In this document: positions 22,698 through 24,890 of the stretch, piece by piece
Layout of the letters: each line of letters opens with the position of its first letter
Position numbering within the stretch: the stretch's first letter is position 1
IMG/VR virus record: IMGVR_UViG_3300033485_000080
Coordinates: 1 to 24,890 of that record
DNA length: 24,890 nucleotides
Reading direction: 5' to 3' (one strand)
Origin: a virus
Lineage: Duplodnaviria; Caudoviricetes
Notes under the pieces: model-generated
The model's input: only the letters and a program-made list of their open reading frames with translations
Told to the model about the DNA's origin: nothing
Database searches by the model: none
Translations under genes and position numbers: made by a program

Positions 22698-23945
22698 GTG
22701 GCCGACAACTTCACATCCATCTGGAATCGGCTCCTGCTGCGATCTCCGGCCATAGGGCCGGGGCTGGCACAGGATCTCGTCAAGACTGCGTTCGCGCAAC
22801 TGGTCGATAGAAGGGACTGGTCGTGGCTTCGCAAGGCCAGTTCCTTCTATCCGGCTGCTCTGTACAACACCGGCACCGTCACTGTTACTGCGGATAGCAC
22901 TACGGTCACGGGAGCCGGAACGACGTTCACGGCAGCGATGGCAGGACGCCAGATTCGCGTGGGCGCTACGGGCGGGTCCAACTATCCGACCTACACTATC
23001 CTGAAGTACATTTCGGCCACGGAAATCGAACTAGACCGCCCGTGGTCAGGGCCAACCCAAGCAGCGTTGGCCTACGAGCTTTTTACCTGCTATTTCTCGG
23101 TGCCGACCGACTTGCATCACTTCTACGCGATAGTCAACTCGGCGGCGAACTACCGGGTTTGGCACAATGTCAGTCAATCGGAACTCGCTGTGGCCGATCC
23201 GCAGCGGTTTCAGTCAGGGTTAAGCTATGCCGCGTCGTTCCTCGACTACACCCCGACCTACTCCGGTAAAGTTGCCGCTGTACTCCAAGTCAGGGGCACC
23301 GGACCAGCGCCAGTCTCGGTCTCAAGCTATGGCTACACCTACCCGGCGAACTCCGTCTACACGGTTGAAATCACCACAGGCGGCGCTCCAGGCGGCGCAC
23401 TCGTCTTCAAGTGGAAAAAGGATAGCGGGGCCTACACGACAGCAGTAGCAGTGCCCGACAGTAATGCGCTCGATCTGTCGAATGGGGTGCAAATCTACTT
23501 CCCTGCGGACACGTACATTCTCGGGGACGTGTTCATCATTCAATGCACGGCAGAAACCGTGCCCTCAGTGGCCCGTTATGAGATGTGGCCCCGGCCAGTC
23601 AACTCTCAGTACGTCTACCCGTACATTTACGTGATGCGGCTAGACGAACTGACGGATGAGAAGCCGAATCTGCCACAGCCCATCGGGTTGAGGGGTGACG
23701 TTTTGCTGGAGATGGCGCTGGAGAAGTGCGCTCAGTTTCCGGGGACGGAGACAACGCGAAACCCGTACTACGATCTAGTGTTGGCTAGGCAGCACGGAAA
23801 CAAGGCAGAAACGCTGATCTACGAGATGGAGAAGCGCGACGATGACATTGCCGAAACCGATCTGACGTACTGGAATCTGGCTAGAATGCCGGTTCCGTGG
23901 CTAGACGGGGCATGGCAGCAACAACACGCACCAATTTTGTGGTAA
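22698..23945 (+). CDS. Head-tail adaptor-like protein with inserted beta domains
   Basis: Helical N-terminus ending RRDWSWLRK; YFSVPTD, YEMWPRP, DVLLEMAL adaptor-like motifs; position after the head genes. Confidence 0.6.
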   Translation: MADNFTSIWNRLLLRSPAIGPGLAQDLVKTAFAQLVDRRDWSWLRKASSFYPAALYNTGTVTVTADSTTVTGAGTTFTAAMAGRQIRVGATGGSNYPTYTILKYISATEIELDRPWSGPTQAALAYELFTCYFSVPTDLHHFYAIVNSAANYRVWHNVSQSELAVADPQRFQSGLSYAASFLDYTPTYSGKVAAVLQVRGTGPAPVSVSSYGYTYPANSVYTVEITTGGAPGGALVFKWKKDSGAYTTAVAVPDSNALDLSNGVQIYFPADTYILGDVFIIQCTAETVPSVARYEMWPRPVNSQYVYPYIYVMRLDELTDEKPNLPQPIGLRGDVLLEMALEKCAQFPGTETTRNPYYDLVLARQHGNKAETLIYEMEKRDDDIAETDLTYWNLARMPVPWLDGAWQQQHAPILW

Positions 23946-23972
23946 TGGCTACACTTAACTGAAGGAGAAAAC

Positions 23973-24161
23973 ATGGCAAGTCCTGGAAAAGAAGGAACGC
24001 AAGTCGGGGACATCAAGACTCCGATGAATGCAGTGAATGTAGGGAAGAAGGGCAGCGCGGGCACTAAGACGTACAGCGAGAAGGACGGTGCTCCGAGTTC
24101 CAGCGGCGGTGAGAACATCACTGGGCCGGGGACGAAAGGGAGCTACAAGGGCGGGGCCTAA
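23973..24161 (+). CDS. Small Gly/Lys-rich disordered protein
   Basis: AAGGAG SD; 62 aa, low complexity. Confidence 0.65.
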   Translation: MASPGKEGTQVGDIKTPMNAVNVGKKGSAGTKTYSEKDGAPSSSGGENITGPGTKGSYKGGA

Positions 24162-24177
24162 GCTCAGAGGGTGAGCC

Positions 24178-24890
24178 GTGGCTTATGCTCAGGTTACTAG
24201 ATCGGCCCTTGCCACAGAGATCCTTGAGGCTCTAGGCACGGGTGCGTCTACATACTGGGCAACCAGCGAAGTCAACCGGACAATCAACGAGGCTCTGCTC
24301 TACTGGGGAGCCTTAACCTCCTATTGGCGGGAACGCGGCACGTTCAATACGGTTGCGAACACCGCGTTCTACGACCTCAACACGCAGTTTCCCACGCTAC
24401 GCCCCAGAACCATCACCATGGGCGAAATCGCCCGTGAGATCCAGTATCACTTGCTGGAGCCTGCCAACGGCGTTGCAGGCACCGGCATGACGGTTCAGTT
24501 CACTGTCGGGCAAATCACCTCCGCTATCGAACGGGCACGCAACCAGTTTGTCATTGACGCCTTGCTCCCCCTGACGGATGGCAGTTTCAACGTGCTGCCT
24601 GCCACGGACGGCAGGACGACGCTGAATGACTCGATAGTGGGCATCCAGCGGGTTGCGTGGTTGGACGGGAGCGGCATCTACACGCCTCTCAGGAGAGAAG
24701 ACGGGGCTGCGGCAGATGCCACGAATTATCTCTGGCCGATGACGCCCAAAACGCCATTCGCCTATTCGATTGCAGAAACCCGGCCAGTGGAACTGCAATT
24801 CCTGCCGCCGCCCGTGGATGCCGGAACCATGCGGTTGCTCTATGTCAAGAGCGTGAATCTGGTTACGGCAGAGGCCACCTCGCTGGAACT
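24178..24890 (+). CDS. Second adaptor/tail-connector-like protein, truncated by the window end (not in ORF track)
   Basis: GTG start; MAYAQVTRSALATEILEALG...YWATSEVNRTINEALLYW...TVANTAFYDL...LQFLPPP; the frame stays open to the end. Confidence 0.7.
   Translation, partial: MAYAQVTRSALATEILEALGTGASTYWATSEVNRTINEALLYWGALTSYWRERGTFNTVANTAFYDLNTQFPTLRPRTITMGEIAREIQYHLLEPANGVAGTGMTVQFTVGQITSAIERARNQFVIDALLPLTDGSFNVLPATDGRTTLNDSIVGIQRVAWLDGSGIYTPLRREDGAAADATNYLWPMTPKTPFAYSIAETRPVELQFLPPPVDAGTMRLLYVKSVNLVTAEATSLE

Larger units (their letters stand above)
1..24890 (+). mobile_element. Tailed phage/prophage late region (packaging, head, lysis, accessory virion genes)
   Basis: Terminase, portal, scaffold, capsid and adaptor genes in canonical order; one coding strand; many 1-4 nt stop/start overlaps; no host housekeeping genes. 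Free phage versus prophage cannot be determined here. Confidence 0.95.

Noticed and set aside
172-24798. Minus-strand and alternate-frame ORFs in the track (for example 478-1044, 5642-6343, 18064-18708, 21236-21895, 21624-22331, 24397-24798)
   Set aside because: They overlap well-supported + strand genes, lack recognisable motifs, and are the shadows expected from GC-rich codon bias.
1-24890. tRNA, integrase/att site or strong intrinsic terminator
   Set aside because: Intergenic gaps are under about 80 nt; I saw no cloverleaf, recombinase motif or GC hairpin followed by a long U-tract.

Overview
This window is a tailed-phage or prophage late region. It has about 42 tightly packed genes, all on the + strand and often coupled through ATGA/GTGA overlaps. 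It opens with a RusA-like resolvase, a DUF3008-like micro-protein and a probable small terminase carrying a DnaJ-type zinc finger. A ~13 kb accessory block follows, holding holin-like genes, two SAM methyltransferases, GT-B and GT-A glycosyltransferases, beta-rich virion-type proteins, a 1148-aa Ser/Ala heptad-repeat fibre, an Ig-domain protein and a lysozyme-like lysin. The block is followed by a large terminase split into separate ATPase and nuclease genes, KTSC, portal, scaffold, major capsid, a cement-like protein and two head-tail adaptor-like genes (the last is truncated). The best candidate for an undescribed system is a phage-encoded glycosylation/methylation cassette coupled to a giant coiled-coil fibre with serine at almost every 7th residue, whose DNA repeats are heavily diverged at synonymous sites. 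All product calls come from motif recognition by eye; no database search was run. I found no tRNA, rRNA, CRISPR array or integrase.
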